A stretch of DNA of 47,273 nt from Bdellovibrionota bacterium. Lineage in GTDB: Bacteria > Bdellovibrionota > Bdellovibrionia > Bdellovibrionales > JAEYZS01. Of the stretch, positions 18,147 through 28,500 are shown piece after piece (position 1 is the stretch's first letter; every line of letters begins with the position of its first letter). The stretch covers positions 1 through 47,273 of the forward strand of contig CAUJEF010000003.1 of the NCBI GenBank assembly GCA_963169515.1. Reading direction: 5' to 3'. Position numbers and translations under genes: made by a program. The notes under the pieces are model-generated. The model made no database searches. It was not told where the DNA came from and saw only the letters and a list, made by a program, of their open reading frames with translations.

Positions 18147-19604
18147 TTATGGAAACAATAAAATGTTTAGCTTTTCTATCAGCGGTTGAATCAAAAACCC
18201 CGAAATAACGATTAAAAACGTACACACATAAATAGCAATTTTTTGTGCGCGCCCTCTGTTTTCTAGAAGGATAATGTCAGACTTATACATATACATATTC
18301 ACAATCGGCTTAAGGTAATAATACACACTCATAACTGAAGTAAGTGCGCCCCATACAACAAGCCAATAAAGATCTGCATTCACCGCCGTCGAAAAAATCA
18401 TAAGTTTTGCAAAAAAACCCCCCATCGGGGGAACTCCCGCCAAACTCAAAAGTAAAATGGAAAAACACGCGGCAAGCACAGGGCGCCTATTTGCAAGGCC
18501 TTTAAGATCATCAAGATTCAGTTGATGGTCTTGTTTTTTCTCAAAATGTCCAATGACGGCAAATGTTCCTATCGTCATCAAAACATAAATTAATAGATAT
18601 GCAACGACCCCATAAATTGACTGCTGAAAATCACCTTTGATGGCGGCGATAATGCCCATGAAGACATATCCCGTATGAGCAATACTTGAATACGCGATAA
18701 TACGTTTAAGGTTTGTTTGATGTAATGCCGCCAAACTTCCAATCGCCATTGTGAGAATGGAAAACCACTCAAACAGTTTAAACATATTGTTTTGAGTGTA
18801 CAATTGTCCCAGGGGAACAATTCTTAGGATAAAAAAGAATATAACTAATTTCACGCCAGACGCCATAAACCCTGTAATCGGGGTCGGCGCCCCCTGATAA
18901 ACATCCGGAAGCCACGCGTGGAATGGAACCAATGCAACTTTGAAAAACAACCCTATCAAAAAAATAACCAATCCCGCCTGGAATGTCAGCTGCTGAACCA
19001 CCATCTGATTATTGATTATGTTGTCAATTTGCGTGGTCCGAGCCGCACCATAAACCAAAGCCACTCCATAAAGCAAAAAGGCTGACGCAAAACTCCCCAA
19101 AACAAAATATTTAAACGAGGCCTCTTTTGAGATTTTATCTCCCCCTCCAATTCCGATGAGAACATAAAGCGGAAGAGACATCAGCTCAATCCCAATAAAC
19201 GACATGATTAAATCGTTTGAAAAGTTCATGACAAACATGCCAAGCAACGTGCTGAACATCAGAAACATATGCTCAGAATATTGGTGGTTGCGAATTGTCG
19301 GATGGTTTTTTGCCAGCAACAGAATAAATATCGCGATCCCTACGACAGAAATATTTCCAACCCATGTTAAGCCATCGTAAATAACCGTGCCTCCAAACGC
19401 CAGCCTTGGTTCGATCACCGTCTGAAACCCAGTAAAAACAAGGGCTAAAAATAGGCCGACAAGCGCTATTAGAAAATTAAAATTTTTGTTAAGCTCGGTG
19501 TTTCCGTTCAAAACTTTTCCCGAAATTGGAACAACGCTAAACAGAAACAAAATCACAAAGGGAATCATCAGAGAAAGATCTGCCCAAGATACTTGCGGTG
19601 TCAT
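18147..19604 (-). CDS. nuoN: NADH-quinone oxidoreductase subunit N
   Basis: 485-aa polytopic antiporter-like protein with NuoN/ND2-type conserved segments (FKVALVPFHAWLPDVYQGAPTP). Last gene of the nuo string, overlapping nuoM by 4 nt. Confidence 0.9.
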   Translation of the reverse strand: MTPQVSWADLSLMIPFVILFLFSVVPISGKVLNGNTELNKNFNFLIALVGLFLALVFTGFQTVIEPRLAFGGTVIYDGLTWVGNISVVGIAIFILLLAKNHPTIRNHQYSEHMFLMFSTLLGMFVMNFSNDLIMSFIGIELMSLPLYVLIGIGGGDKISKEASFKYFVLGSFASAFLLYGVALVYGAARTTQIDNIINNQMVVQQLTFQAGLVIFLIGLFFKVALVPFHAWLPDVYQGAPTPITGFMASGVKLVIFFFILRIVPLGQLYTQNNMFKLFEWFSILTMAIGSLAALHQTNLKRIIAYSSIAHTGYVFMGIIAAIKGDFQQSIYGVVAYLLIYVLMTIGTFAVIGHFEKKQDHQLNLDDLKGLANRRPVLAACFSILLLSLAGVPPMGGFFAKLMIFSTAVNADLYWLVVWGALTSVMSVYYYLKPIVNMYMYKSDIILLENRGRAQKIAIYVCTFLIVISGFLIQPLIEKLNILLFP

Positions 19605-21172
19605 TTCGTTCCCCTAAGCTGGCTGACATAATCCTGTTTCTTAAACTCAAGGGTGTAGCTCCCCTTGCTCTCAACATAGTTGTCAATGCTCGCCCGGGAC
19701 CAGCTCAAAAAATGATTTGGAAATAGGCCCATCCAAAAAACCAAAATTAATAATGGAACCATAACAGCAAACTCTCTTGGGCTCATGTCTGGAAGAAGGG
19801 GATTGTAAGACTCATCCTCTTCGCCCTTAACAAGCTCCCCTGGCTTACCAAAAAATACTTTTTTAACCATCCACAGCATATAGACCGCGCCAAGAATAAC
19901 CCCGAACACCGCTGCCGAACCCATAAATCGATTTTTTAAGAATGCTCCCATAAGGATAAAAAACTCACCAACAAACCCATTTGTGCCGGGAACGGCAATG
20001 CTTGATAATGTTATTATCAAAAATACGATCGCATATGTCGGCATAGCTAAAGCAAGGCCTCCGTATTTTCCAATTTCTCGATTATGGGTTCGCTCATATA
20101 TCATTCCCACCAGCAAGAACAGGGCCCCCGTGCTAACTCCATGATTCAACATTTGATAAATCGCCCCCGTGACCCCGTAATAGTTAAAGGAAAACAGCCC
20201 TATCATCACATACCCCATATGGGATACGGACGAATAAGCAACAAGCTTTTTTATGTCAGGCTGAACCATCGCAACCAAAGCCCCATAAATAATTCCAACT
20301 ACCCCGAGAAGCATAAAGAGCCAAGTCCAATATGCGCTGGCCTCTGGGAACAAAGGAAACACCATTCTTAAAAATCCATAGGTTCCCATTTTCAACATTA
20401 TCCCGGCCAGAATAACGGATCCCGGGGTTGGAGCTTCCACGTGCGCGTCTGGCAACCATGTGTGAAACGGGAACATCGGAACTTTTATTGCAAACGCTAT
20501 TGAAAAAGCAAAAAACATTAAGTTTTGTGGATTAAACAAAAAACTATTTACGAAAGGCACATTTAGTTTATAAAGCTCCACAAGATTTGAGGTCATTGCC
20601 CCAAATTGATCGCGCGCCATAAACATCAGGGCAATAATCGATACGAGCATGAGTACAGATCCCGCCATAGTGAAGATAAAAAACTTCAGCGTTGCGTAAA
20701 TCCGTCTGCTGCCTCCCCATATGCCAATCATAAGATACATCGGGATAAGTGATGCTTCAAAAAAAACATAGAATAAAATTGCATCCATTGACAAAAATGT
20801 TCCAAGCATTGCAAATTGTAGAAAAAATACGTTCACATGAAAGTTCCGAACATTGTTACTAATTACTCGCCAACTCCCCAAAATCGTAATGGGAACCAAT
20901 GCGGTTGTTAAAAAAACCAACCATAATGATATGCCATCAATGGCAACAAAATACTCGATTCCAAAGGCCGGAATCCATGGGATTTTTTCTGCCAGCTGAA
21001 GGGCCGAAGAAGACTTGTCAAACTGGGTCAGGATTTCAAAGCTCAAAAAAAATTCAATTAAACTTAGTGTAAATGCAACTAAACGGACACGCCCACGCGG
21101 AACGAAAAACAACGCCATGCCCGCAACTGCGGGAAAAAATATAAGTGCTGATAAAATATGTTGCCCGATCAT
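19601..21172 (-). CDS. nuoM: NADH-quinone oxidoreductase subunit M
   Basis: 523 aa. NuoM/ND4-type motifs are present (FAIKVPMFPFHTWLPDAHVEAPTPGSVILAG, SVSHMGYV). Confidence 0.9.
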   Translation of the reverse strand: MIGQHILSALIFFPAVAGMALFFVPRGRVRLVAFTLSLIEFFLSFEILTQFDKSSSALQLAEKIPWIPAFGIEYFVAIDGISLWLVFLTTALVPITILGSWRVISNNVRNFHVNVFFLQFAMLGTFLSMDAILFYVFFEASLIPMYLMIGIWGGSRRIYATLKFFIFTMAGSVLMLVSIIALMFMARDQFGAMTSNLVELYKLNVPFVNSFLFNPQNLMFFAFSIAFAIKVPMFPFHTWLPDAHVEAPTPGSVILAGIMLKMGTYGFLRMVFPLFPEASAYWTWLFMLLGVVGIIYGALVAMVQPDIKKLVAYSSVSHMGYVMIGLFSFNYYGVTGAIYQMLNHGVSTGALFLLVGMIYERTHNREIGKYGGLALAMPTYAIVFLIITLSSIAVPGTNGFVGEFFILMGAFLKNRFMGSAAVFGVILGAVYMLWMVKKVFFGKPGELVKGEEDESYNPLLPDMSPREFAVMVPLLILVFWMGLFPNHFLSWSRASIDNYVESKGSYTLEFKKQDYVSQLRGTK

Positions 21173-21180
21173 ATTCCCCT

Positions 21181-23103
21181 TTAGAGCACGACCATGCTTA
21201 TTAAAACTAAAAATCCGACTACCATATAAAATGCGTATCGTTGCAGATTTCCATTTTGGAGTGATTTTGCTCCATCACCAGAGTTTTGAACAAAGTCCGC
21301 AAGCTTATATGTTGCTCGATCTATAAAATTAATGTCCCCATGTAACCAAAAAGCTTCGCTCATCTTTACGATTGGATCTAAAATATATTTTTTATAGAGC
21401 TCGTCTATGCGATATTTATCCAAAACCAATTCATACAGACCTTTGAATTTCTCTGCGAACTCTTTTGGTTTCGATGGATCTTTTATATAAAAAACATAGG
21501 CCAATACTGCGGATGCCCCCGCAGCAAGAACTGAAACTATCATCAACAAGACTTCCATGCTCGCACTGCTCTTTTCTATGCCCGGAATCGATAGAATTTT
21601 ATGTTCGAACCACCCCTCTAAAATATTGGGCACATGAAGCGCGTGCCCAATAACATGGGGAACGCCAACATAACCGCCAACAACCGAAAGTATCGCTAAA
21701 ATCACAAGCGGCACAGTCATTGTGGCAGAAGACTCGTGTGGATGTATATCCTTTGGAACACGACTTTTTCCCCAAAAGGTGAGCGCCATCAATCGCGTCA
21801 TATAAAAAGCCGTCATGGTTGCGCCGATCAGGCCAAACAGCCAAAAAACAAAGTTTCCGCGCGGCGAATGCCACGACATCCATAAAATTTCATCTTTGCT
21901 GAAAAATCCAGAAAACAGCGGTGTCCCAATGATTGCTAGCCACCCACAAACAAATGTGAGATGGGTTATGGGTAAATATTTTTTTAACCCCCCCATTTTT
22001 CGTATGTCTTGTTCTTCGTGCATGGCGTGTATTACACTCCCGGCCCCTAAAAACATTAGGGCTTTAAAAAACGCGTGTGTCATAAGGTGAAACATTGCCG
22101 CGCCAAACGCCCCAACCCCGGCTGCCAAAAACATATACCCCAATTGCGAAACGGTTGAATAGGCCAATATTTTTTTAATGTCGTTTTGGACAAGGCCAAT
22201 CGAGGCGGCAAACACAACTGTAAGCGCTCCGACAGAGGCAACAACCAACATTGCGTTTGGTGCCATCAAAAATAATGGATTAAGCCTTACGATCATGTAA
22301 ACCCCGGCCGTTACCATTGTCGCCGCGTGAATCAGGGCAGACACAGGTGTCGGGCCCGCCATTGCATCTGGAAGCCATACATACAGAGGGATTTGGGCAG
22401 ATTTCCCAATCGCACCAATAAATAGGAGCAAACACGCCGCCGTTACCAATCCTACCTGGGTTGAGTCCAATTGCCCAACCATTGCGTTGATATCTTTAAA
22501 TTCAAGGCTGTTAAAAAGAATAAAGAGTAGGAAGACCCCCAATAATAATCCCGCATCGCCAATTCGATTTGTAACAAAGGCTTTCATGCCCGCATTTGCT
22601 TTTTCAACATCTTTAAACCAAAACCCAATTAGAAGGTACGAACAAAGCCCAACCCCTTCCCAGCCCACAAACATTACAAGCAAGTTCGACCCTAAAACCA
22701 GAAGGAGCATATTAAATAAAAACAAATTTAAATATGCAAAATATCTTGAGGGTCGCTCGTCATGGCTCATATAGCCTATGCTGAAGAGATGAATCAATGA
22801 GCCCACTCCCGTTACAACCAAACACATTAAAATGCTGATCTCATCGACAAGAAAAGAAACATTTAGATTAAGGGACCCGACATCAGCCCACTTATAATAA
22901 GAAACATAAATTTCTCTTTGCTCGGCCGGCATATGCAGCAACGCTAAATAAAGAAGCGCGGTACAAACAAGCGAAACCCCTGCAGCTGCCGTTGCAACTG
23001 TCCCGGCAAGCGCACCGTCCTGGCTTTTCCATCTGATTCCGTTGAAAAGAAATCCAACGACCGGAGACAGCAATAAAATTCCAAGCATCATGTTGTGTGA
23101 CAT
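21181..23103 (-). CDS. nuoL: NADH-quinone oxidoreductase subunit L
   Basis: 640 aa. NuoL/ND5-type motifs are present (GKSAQIPLYVWLPDAMAGPTPVSALIHAATMVTAGVY), plus the long C-terminal extension typical of the lateral helix. Confidence 0.9.
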   Translation of the reverse strand: MSHNMMLGILLLSPVVGFLFNGIRWKSQDGALAGTVATAAAGVSLVCTALLYLALLHMPAEQREIYVSYYKWADVGSLNLNVSFLVDEISILMCLVVTGVGSLIHLFSIGYMSHDERPSRYFAYLNLFLFNMLLLVLGSNLLVMFVGWEGVGLCSYLLIGFWFKDVEKANAGMKAFVTNRIGDAGLLLGVFLLFILFNSLEFKDINAMVGQLDSTQVGLVTAACLLLFIGAIGKSAQIPLYVWLPDAMAGPTPVSALIHAATMVTAGVYMIVRLNPLFLMAPNAMLVVASVGALTVVFAASIGLVQNDIKKILAYSTVSQLGYMFLAAGVGAFGAAMFHLMTHAFFKALMFLGAGSVIHAMHEEQDIRKMGGLKKYLPITHLTFVCGWLAIIGTPLFSGFFSKDEILWMSWHSPRGNFVFWLFGLIGATMTAFYMTRLMALTFWGKSRVPKDIHPHESSATMTVPLVILAILSVVGGYVGVPHVIGHALHVPNILEGWFEHKILSIPGIEKSSASMEVLLMIVSVLAAGASAVLAYVFYIKDPSKPKEFAEKFKGLYELVLDKYRIDELYKKYILDPIVKMSEAFWLHGDINFIDRATYKLADFVQNSGDGAKSLQNGNLQRYAFYMVVGFLVLISMVVL

Positions 23104-23105
23104 CG

Positions 23106-23423
23106 CTATCCCTTTAGGTTTTCGAAAAGTTTAATCTCAATACCATTAAATTTTCTATACACGGCCACCGCTATGGCAAGGCCAATGGCGGCCTCTGCCG
23201 CCGCGATAGCCATCACAAAAAACACCATGACTTGCCCGCCCGGCTCTTGATTGAAATGACTGAATGCCGCAAAAGATAAGTTTACGGCGTTTAGCATTAG
23301 CTCAATACTCATCAATATCACAATTACATTTTTCCGAACTAAAACTCCGGCAACACCAATCATAAATAAAAGTGATGATACTACCAAATAGTGATTTAAA
23401 CCCACGTGTAACGCATTACTCAT
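23106..23423 (-). CDS. nuoK: NADH-quinone oxidoreductase subunit K
   Basis: The three-TM small subunit (MSIELMLNAVNLSFAAF) matches NuoK/ND4L. The ATG at 23421-23423 gives ~105 aa and an 8-nt overlap with the nuoJ stop. The longer track ORF (to 23471) is an upstream extension. Confidence 0.9.
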   Translation of the reverse strand: MSNALHVGLNHYLVVSSLLFMIGVAGVLVRKNVIVILMSIELMLNAVNLSFAAFSHFNQEPGGQVMVFFVMAIAAAEAAIGLAIAVAVYRKFNGIEIKLFENLKG

Positions 23424-23922
23424 GCGTCCCCCCGCGTGATTTTGCAAGCGCCAACGCCCCAACGAGCACAACCAAAAGCAAAATTCCTATCGCCTCAAAC
23501 GCAAATACATACTTTGTGAATAATGTCCCCGCCAGATCTACGGTTGTTACGGGCTTTGTTTTTTCGGTGCGAATAAAAAAAACTGTCGACAGAGGAATGA
23601 TTAAAGCCATGCTGGCAGCGGCAATTATGCCTGCCTTGAAAAAATTTGAAATTTTTTGCCCAGAAAATGGCTGACTTTCTTTTCGCAAATCGAAAAGCAT
23701 CAAAACCATAACAAAAAGAACCACGACCGCACCCGCATAGACAATCAATTGAACCCCTGCCAAAAAGTAGGCTTCAAGAGTGAAAAACATCGCGGCGAGG
23801 CCTGACATTGTTATTGCCAACATTAGCGCAGAATAAATCGGGCTTGGAAAAAAAATTACTCCTAGGGCGGCCCCTAATGAAACTATAGATAAAATATAAA
23901 ATATCACATCATAGCTTCCCAT
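23416..23922 (-). CDS. nuoJ: NADH-quinone oxidoreductase subunit J
   Basis: NuoJ/ND6-like (SPIYSALMLAITMSGLAAMFFTLEAYFLAGVQLIVYAGAVVVLFVMV). The ATG at 23920-23922 shares 1 nt with the nuoH stop (TAATG). The track ORF extends to 23982. Confidence 0.85.
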   Translation of the reverse strand: MGSYDVIFYILSIVSLGAALGVIFFPSPIYSALMLAITMSGLAAMFFTLEAYFLAGVQLIVYAGAVVVLFVMVLMLFDLRKESQPFSGQKISNFFKAGIIAAASMALIIPLSTVFFIRTEKTKPVTTVDLAGTLFTKYVFAFEAIGILLLVVLVGALALAKSRGGTHE

Positions 23923-25082
23923 TACATCGCCCTTGCCCAATAAAGTACTATTGCCGTGAGGGCCACATTGCCGAGAGTCCATGGCAACAGCGTTTTCCAG
24001 CCCAAGTCCATCAGCGTATCATAGCGAAATCGTGGAAGCGTCCAGCGAACCCAAATAAAGACCCACAGCAGCAGCCCCACCTTAATCGAAAACCAAATCA
24101 AAAAATAACCCGTCGTTAAAGCACTCGCAACCGTGCCCGGCCCATGATGAGCAATTGCAAGATTCAGCATATAGTCATAAGTCTGCCAAACAAATGGAGA
24201 CTGGAACCCCCCCAAATAAAATGTCGTTACAAGTCCCGCCCCTACCATCATGTGGCCATATTCGCCCATGAAAAACATGAGCATTTTGAACCCTCCATAT
24301 TCAGTATGAAAGCCCGCGACAAGTTCTCCCTCGGATTCGGGCAAATCAAACGGCAAACGATTGCTCTCTGCAAATGTCGCAATAAAAAATAACAAGGCCC
24401 CTAATGGTTGAAAAAAAATCCCCCAATTGGGCAGCCAACTGATTTCATAGGCTTGCCCCATAAATTGAAACGAAAACGGGCCCTGTTGCATTTCGATCAT
24501 TTTATTAAGATCAAACGTCCCATAAATCATCAGTATGCCGACGATGGCAAGCCCCAGTGCTAATTCATAACTGATCATTTGCGCAGAAGCGCGAATCGCG
24601 CCCAGCAAAGAATATTTATTCCCAGACGCCCACCCCGCAATCAAAAGCCCATAGGCCCCCAATGAAGAAACGCCCAGAATATAAATGATTCCGACATTCA
24701 TGCGAACGGACTGCATCTCGATTGTATATGGCCCCCAGGATTGGCCAAGCAGATGAAATGGGTCGATATGTATTGGCGTAGCAAGCGGAATAGCCGCAAA
24801 AGCAAGGGCCGCTGGGACAAGCGCAATCACGGGGGCGGCAAGAAATAAAAATTTTACGGCGTTTGCGGGGACAAATTGTTCTTTAGTAATAAATTTCACA
24901 GCATCCGCTAACAATTGCATCAACCCAAGAGGGCCGACTCGATTGGGCCCAAAGCGATTTTGGATAAAGGCAGACCCTCGCCGCTCTAGCCATACAAGAA
25001 GCGGAACCATTTGAATCATCATTAGAAATATTATGGCGATCTTTACGGTATTGATTGCAATTTCAACTTTATCCGCACCCAT
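23922..25082 (-). CDS. nuoH: NADH-quinone oxidoreductase subunit H
   Basis: 386 aa. NuoH/ND1 signatures are present (WLERRGSAFIQNRFGPNRVGPLGLMQLLADAVKF; SNRLPFDLPESEGELVAGFHTEY). Confidence 0.9.
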   Translation of the reverse strand: MGADKVEIAINTVKIAIIFLMMIQMVPLLVWLERRGSAFIQNRFGPNRVGPLGLMQLLADAVKFITKEQFVPANAVKFLFLAAPVIALVPAALAFAAIPLATPIHIDPFHLLGQSWGPYTIEMQSVRMNVGIIYILGVSSLGAYGLLIAGWASGNKYSLLGAIRASAQMISYELALGLAIVGILMIYGTFDLNKMIEMQQGPFSFQFMGQAYEISWLPNWGIFFQPLGALLFFIATFAESNRLPFDLPESEGELVAGFHTEYGGFKMLMFFMGEYGHMMVGAGLVTTFYLGGFQSPFVWQTYDYMLNLAIAHHGPGTVASALTTGYFLIWFSIKVGLLLWVFIWVRWTLPRFRYDTLMDLGWKTLLPWTLGNVALTAIVLYWARAM

Positions 25083-25454
25083 TTAATCCCACTCGAGGCC
25101 GCCGGCCGCCCACTCATAAAACAATCCAAACACAAGAATTCCCATAAATAGACCCATAGAAATTAAAAGATATCCACCCATTTGTTTTATGTTTTCAATG
25201 TATATGAGTGTCCAGGGATAAAGAAAAATAACTTCTATGTCGAAAAGGATGAATGAAATTGCAGTAAGATAAAATTTGACGGGGAATTTTGTTGTTTGCG
25301 GGTCTTGTCCGGGGATTCCACACTCATACGGCATCAAGCGCTCGGGCGTTTGTTTTGCTTTTGGCCCGGCAAGTGACGTTAAATACAGCATCCCTGCGCC
25401 AAAAACGATGACTATCAAAAGCAAAATCAATATCGGCAGAAGCTGATCTAACAA
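25083..25454 (-). CDS. nuoA: NADH-quinone oxidoreductase subunit A
   Basis: 123 aa, three TM segments. It has the NuoA/ND3 motif PYECG and FLYPW. It uses a TTG start, and its stop directly abuts the nuoH start. Confidence 0.85.
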   Translation of the reverse strand: MLDQLLPILILLLIVIVFGAGMLYLTSLAGPKAKQTPERLMPYECGIPGQDPQTTKFPVKFYLTAISFILFDIEVIFLYPWTLIYIENIKQMGGYLLISMGLFMGILVFGLFYEWAAGGLEWD

Positions 25455-25589
25455 AGTCGCACTCTCGCTCTAAAAACTCTCTGTTGTGAGTGAGAATAAT
25501 ATTAGGATAAAAAAATTTTTTATTTGATCTTTTTGTTCACTTTTTCCTCTGTTTATCGCCCCGCATCTATGCTATAAAAAATCACATTA

Positions 25590-28500
25590 ATGACGCCTGT
25601 TTTTCCAAGGGTCTTTGCCGGAATCATAGATTCTGCTTTGGCGCTGAATATTCGGAATACTCAAATTGTAGGGACCACCTCTTCGGTTGTGCTCGCCGGA
25701 TACCTTTCCTCTGAACATTCTCTGCTACAACGAAAGACCCCCCAGCTTGTTGTTACCGCTACCGAAGACGCGGCTCTCGCGTTTGCTCAAGACCTTCGCT
25801 TTTTTAATCCGAGCCTTGAGGCTCATTTGCTTGAACCATTCGACGTTTCGCCATACTCGACGCTATATCCCAATTATCGAGGCCTCGCTCAAAGAATAAA
25901 TTGGCTTTATCGCGCACAATACAGCCTCGGGCACGAGATCTTCATTGCTCCGATTCAGGCCATATTACAAAAAACATTACCTCAAAAAATATTAGATATC
26001 TGTACTCGCACATTTCGAATAAATGACAACATTTCCGCTGACTTTTTAAAAACTCTTGCAAACCTTGGATATCAGCCCGTTCCGAGAGTAGAGGACGTCG
26101 GGCAATTCTCTGTCAAGGGCGGCTTGATTGATATTTTTTCCCCAGCGCACCCCAACCCCGTTCGAATCGAGCTCTTTGGCGACACCATTGATTCTCTGCG
26201 ATTTTTTAGCCCAAGCGACCAGCGCAGCCTCGCCGCCACGAAAGATTTTGTAGTATTACCCACCCGAGAAGTTTTGTTCCTGGATGAAACGGCAGAGGCC
26301 GCGCAAAAAAATATTTTGCCTCGCCTTAAGGGCTCACCTGAAAAAGAGTCTATTTATAGATCCTTAGTCACAAAATCTTTTTTTCCTGGAATTGATTTTT
26401 ATCTTCCTTGTTTTTATGAATCCCTTTCCTCTCCGTTAGACTTCTTTACCGATAACGTAAACATTTGGTGGCTTGATCATCTCGACATCACTCGACAAAG
26501 CGATCTTTTCCTATCTGATTTGCTAGATGCCCATAGACAGCAAGACGTGGCCGCTCAACTTCCCAAGCCCTCTGATCTTTATTCCGACCTTCAAAGCATA
26601 CAAAACTCCAAACATCGGACCTTTCTGCTTTCCAAAGTGGATATCTCTAGCGAGCGCAAAGAGCCGGGGGTTGGGGCTTATTCTTACCCCGTCCAAACCC
26701 TGGGAAGCCTACACGCTCTTAATAAAAATACTTTTGAGGATTTGGAATCGAAAATACATGGCTGGCTTCAAAAGCATAGCCAAATTATCGTGGCGACACA
26801 TACTCAAGGCCAAGCCGAACGCATTCTTTTTATTCTAGAAAAAATGTCCATTCCTGTTTCGATTTTAAATCAGTTTGAGGGTTTGCCAGAGACAACCTCG
26901 CCTCGGGTGTTCGTCATTCCAAACAGACTTTCTGAAAGCGTGAACATTGTTTCTGAAGACTATGTTTTTTTACGCGAAGAAGATTTTTTCGGCAACAAAC
27001 AGGTTAAACGGAAAGCCCCCTCCGCCTCAAAAGAAATAAGCGCAATTCTTTTGTCCGATCTAAAAGAAAATGACCTTATTGTTCACGTTGACCACGGCGT
27101 TGGAATTTTTCAAGGTTTAAAAACTATGGTTTTGCAGGGAATCCCAAGCGAATTCATTCAAATTAATTATAAGGACGACGACAAGCTCTATCTTCCTGTG
27201 TATAGAATTAATTTAATCCGACGGTACACGGGCGTTTCTGCCCTTGATAAGCTTGGGAATAAAAACTGGGAAAAGACAAAGATCCGAGTCCGAAACCATT
27301 TACGAGACGTAGCTTCAGACCTCTTAAGCCTTTATGCAAAACGCTCGCAAATTGAGCGTCCGCCTTACCCCCCCCCTGATGAGAACTATAAAAGCTTCGA
27401 GGGGCAATTCCCTTATGACGAAACAACAGACCAATTAAAGGCCATAGAAGAAATTCTCAATGACCTTCAAAAACCCTCTCCAATGGATCGACTAATTTGC
27501 GGAGACGTCGGCTTTGGTAAAACGGAAGTGGCCATGCGAGCGGCATTTAAAGTCGTGGTTGAAAAAAAACAGGTTGCCGTCTTGTCTCCCACTACGGTTC
27601 TCACGTTTCAGCATCTTGAAACCTTCCGTCGTCGTTTTAAAAACTGGCCCGTTACAATAGAGGCCCTGAGCCGATTCTCCTCTCGAAAAGACGCCGCCGA
27701 AACAGTTCAAAAAATGAAGCTGGGGCGGGTCGATATAATAATAGGAACCCATCGTCTTTTGAGTAAGGACATTTCCTTCAAAGATCTTGGCTTATTGATA
27801 GTCGATGAGGAACACAAGTTCGGAGTAATACATAAAGAAAAAATAAAGAAGATGAAAACCTCTGTCGATACAATTTCAATGTCGGCAACCCCAATCCCAA
27901 GAACATTGAACATGGGGTTTATGGGTGTGCGAGATTTGAGTTTAATTAATACTCCTCCAAACGACCGGCTGCCCACGCGAACTTTTCTTTGTCCATTCGA
28001 GCCCCATACAATCCGCAAGGCAATTTTGTCAGAAATTCATCGCGGCGGTCAGATTTTCTTTTTGCACAACAGAGTTCAGTCCATCCATGAAACGTCTGAA
28101 AAAATTCGCGAAATCGCTCCAGAGGCTCGTGTTCGAGTCGCTCACGGGCAAATGCCCGCAGAAACCCTTGAGGAGACGATGATTGCATTTTTCAAACATG
28201 AATTCGATGTTTTAGTTTGTACAACAATCGTAGAATCAGGAATGGATATCCCACGAGCAAATACGATTTTTATTGATCGTGCAGATGGCCTTGGCTTAAG
28301 CCAGCTCTATCAACTGCGTGGGCGCGTAGGAAGAAGCAAAGAGCGCGCATATTGTTATCTTTTAATTCCCAATCAGCGCAGCCTAGATCCCGCCGCACAA
28401 GAACGCCTTAAGGCCATTCAAGAAAACGTAGAGCTTGGCCGCGGAGTCCAAATTGCGCACAGAGACCTCGAGCTTCGAGGCGCAGGAAGTATTTTAGGCG

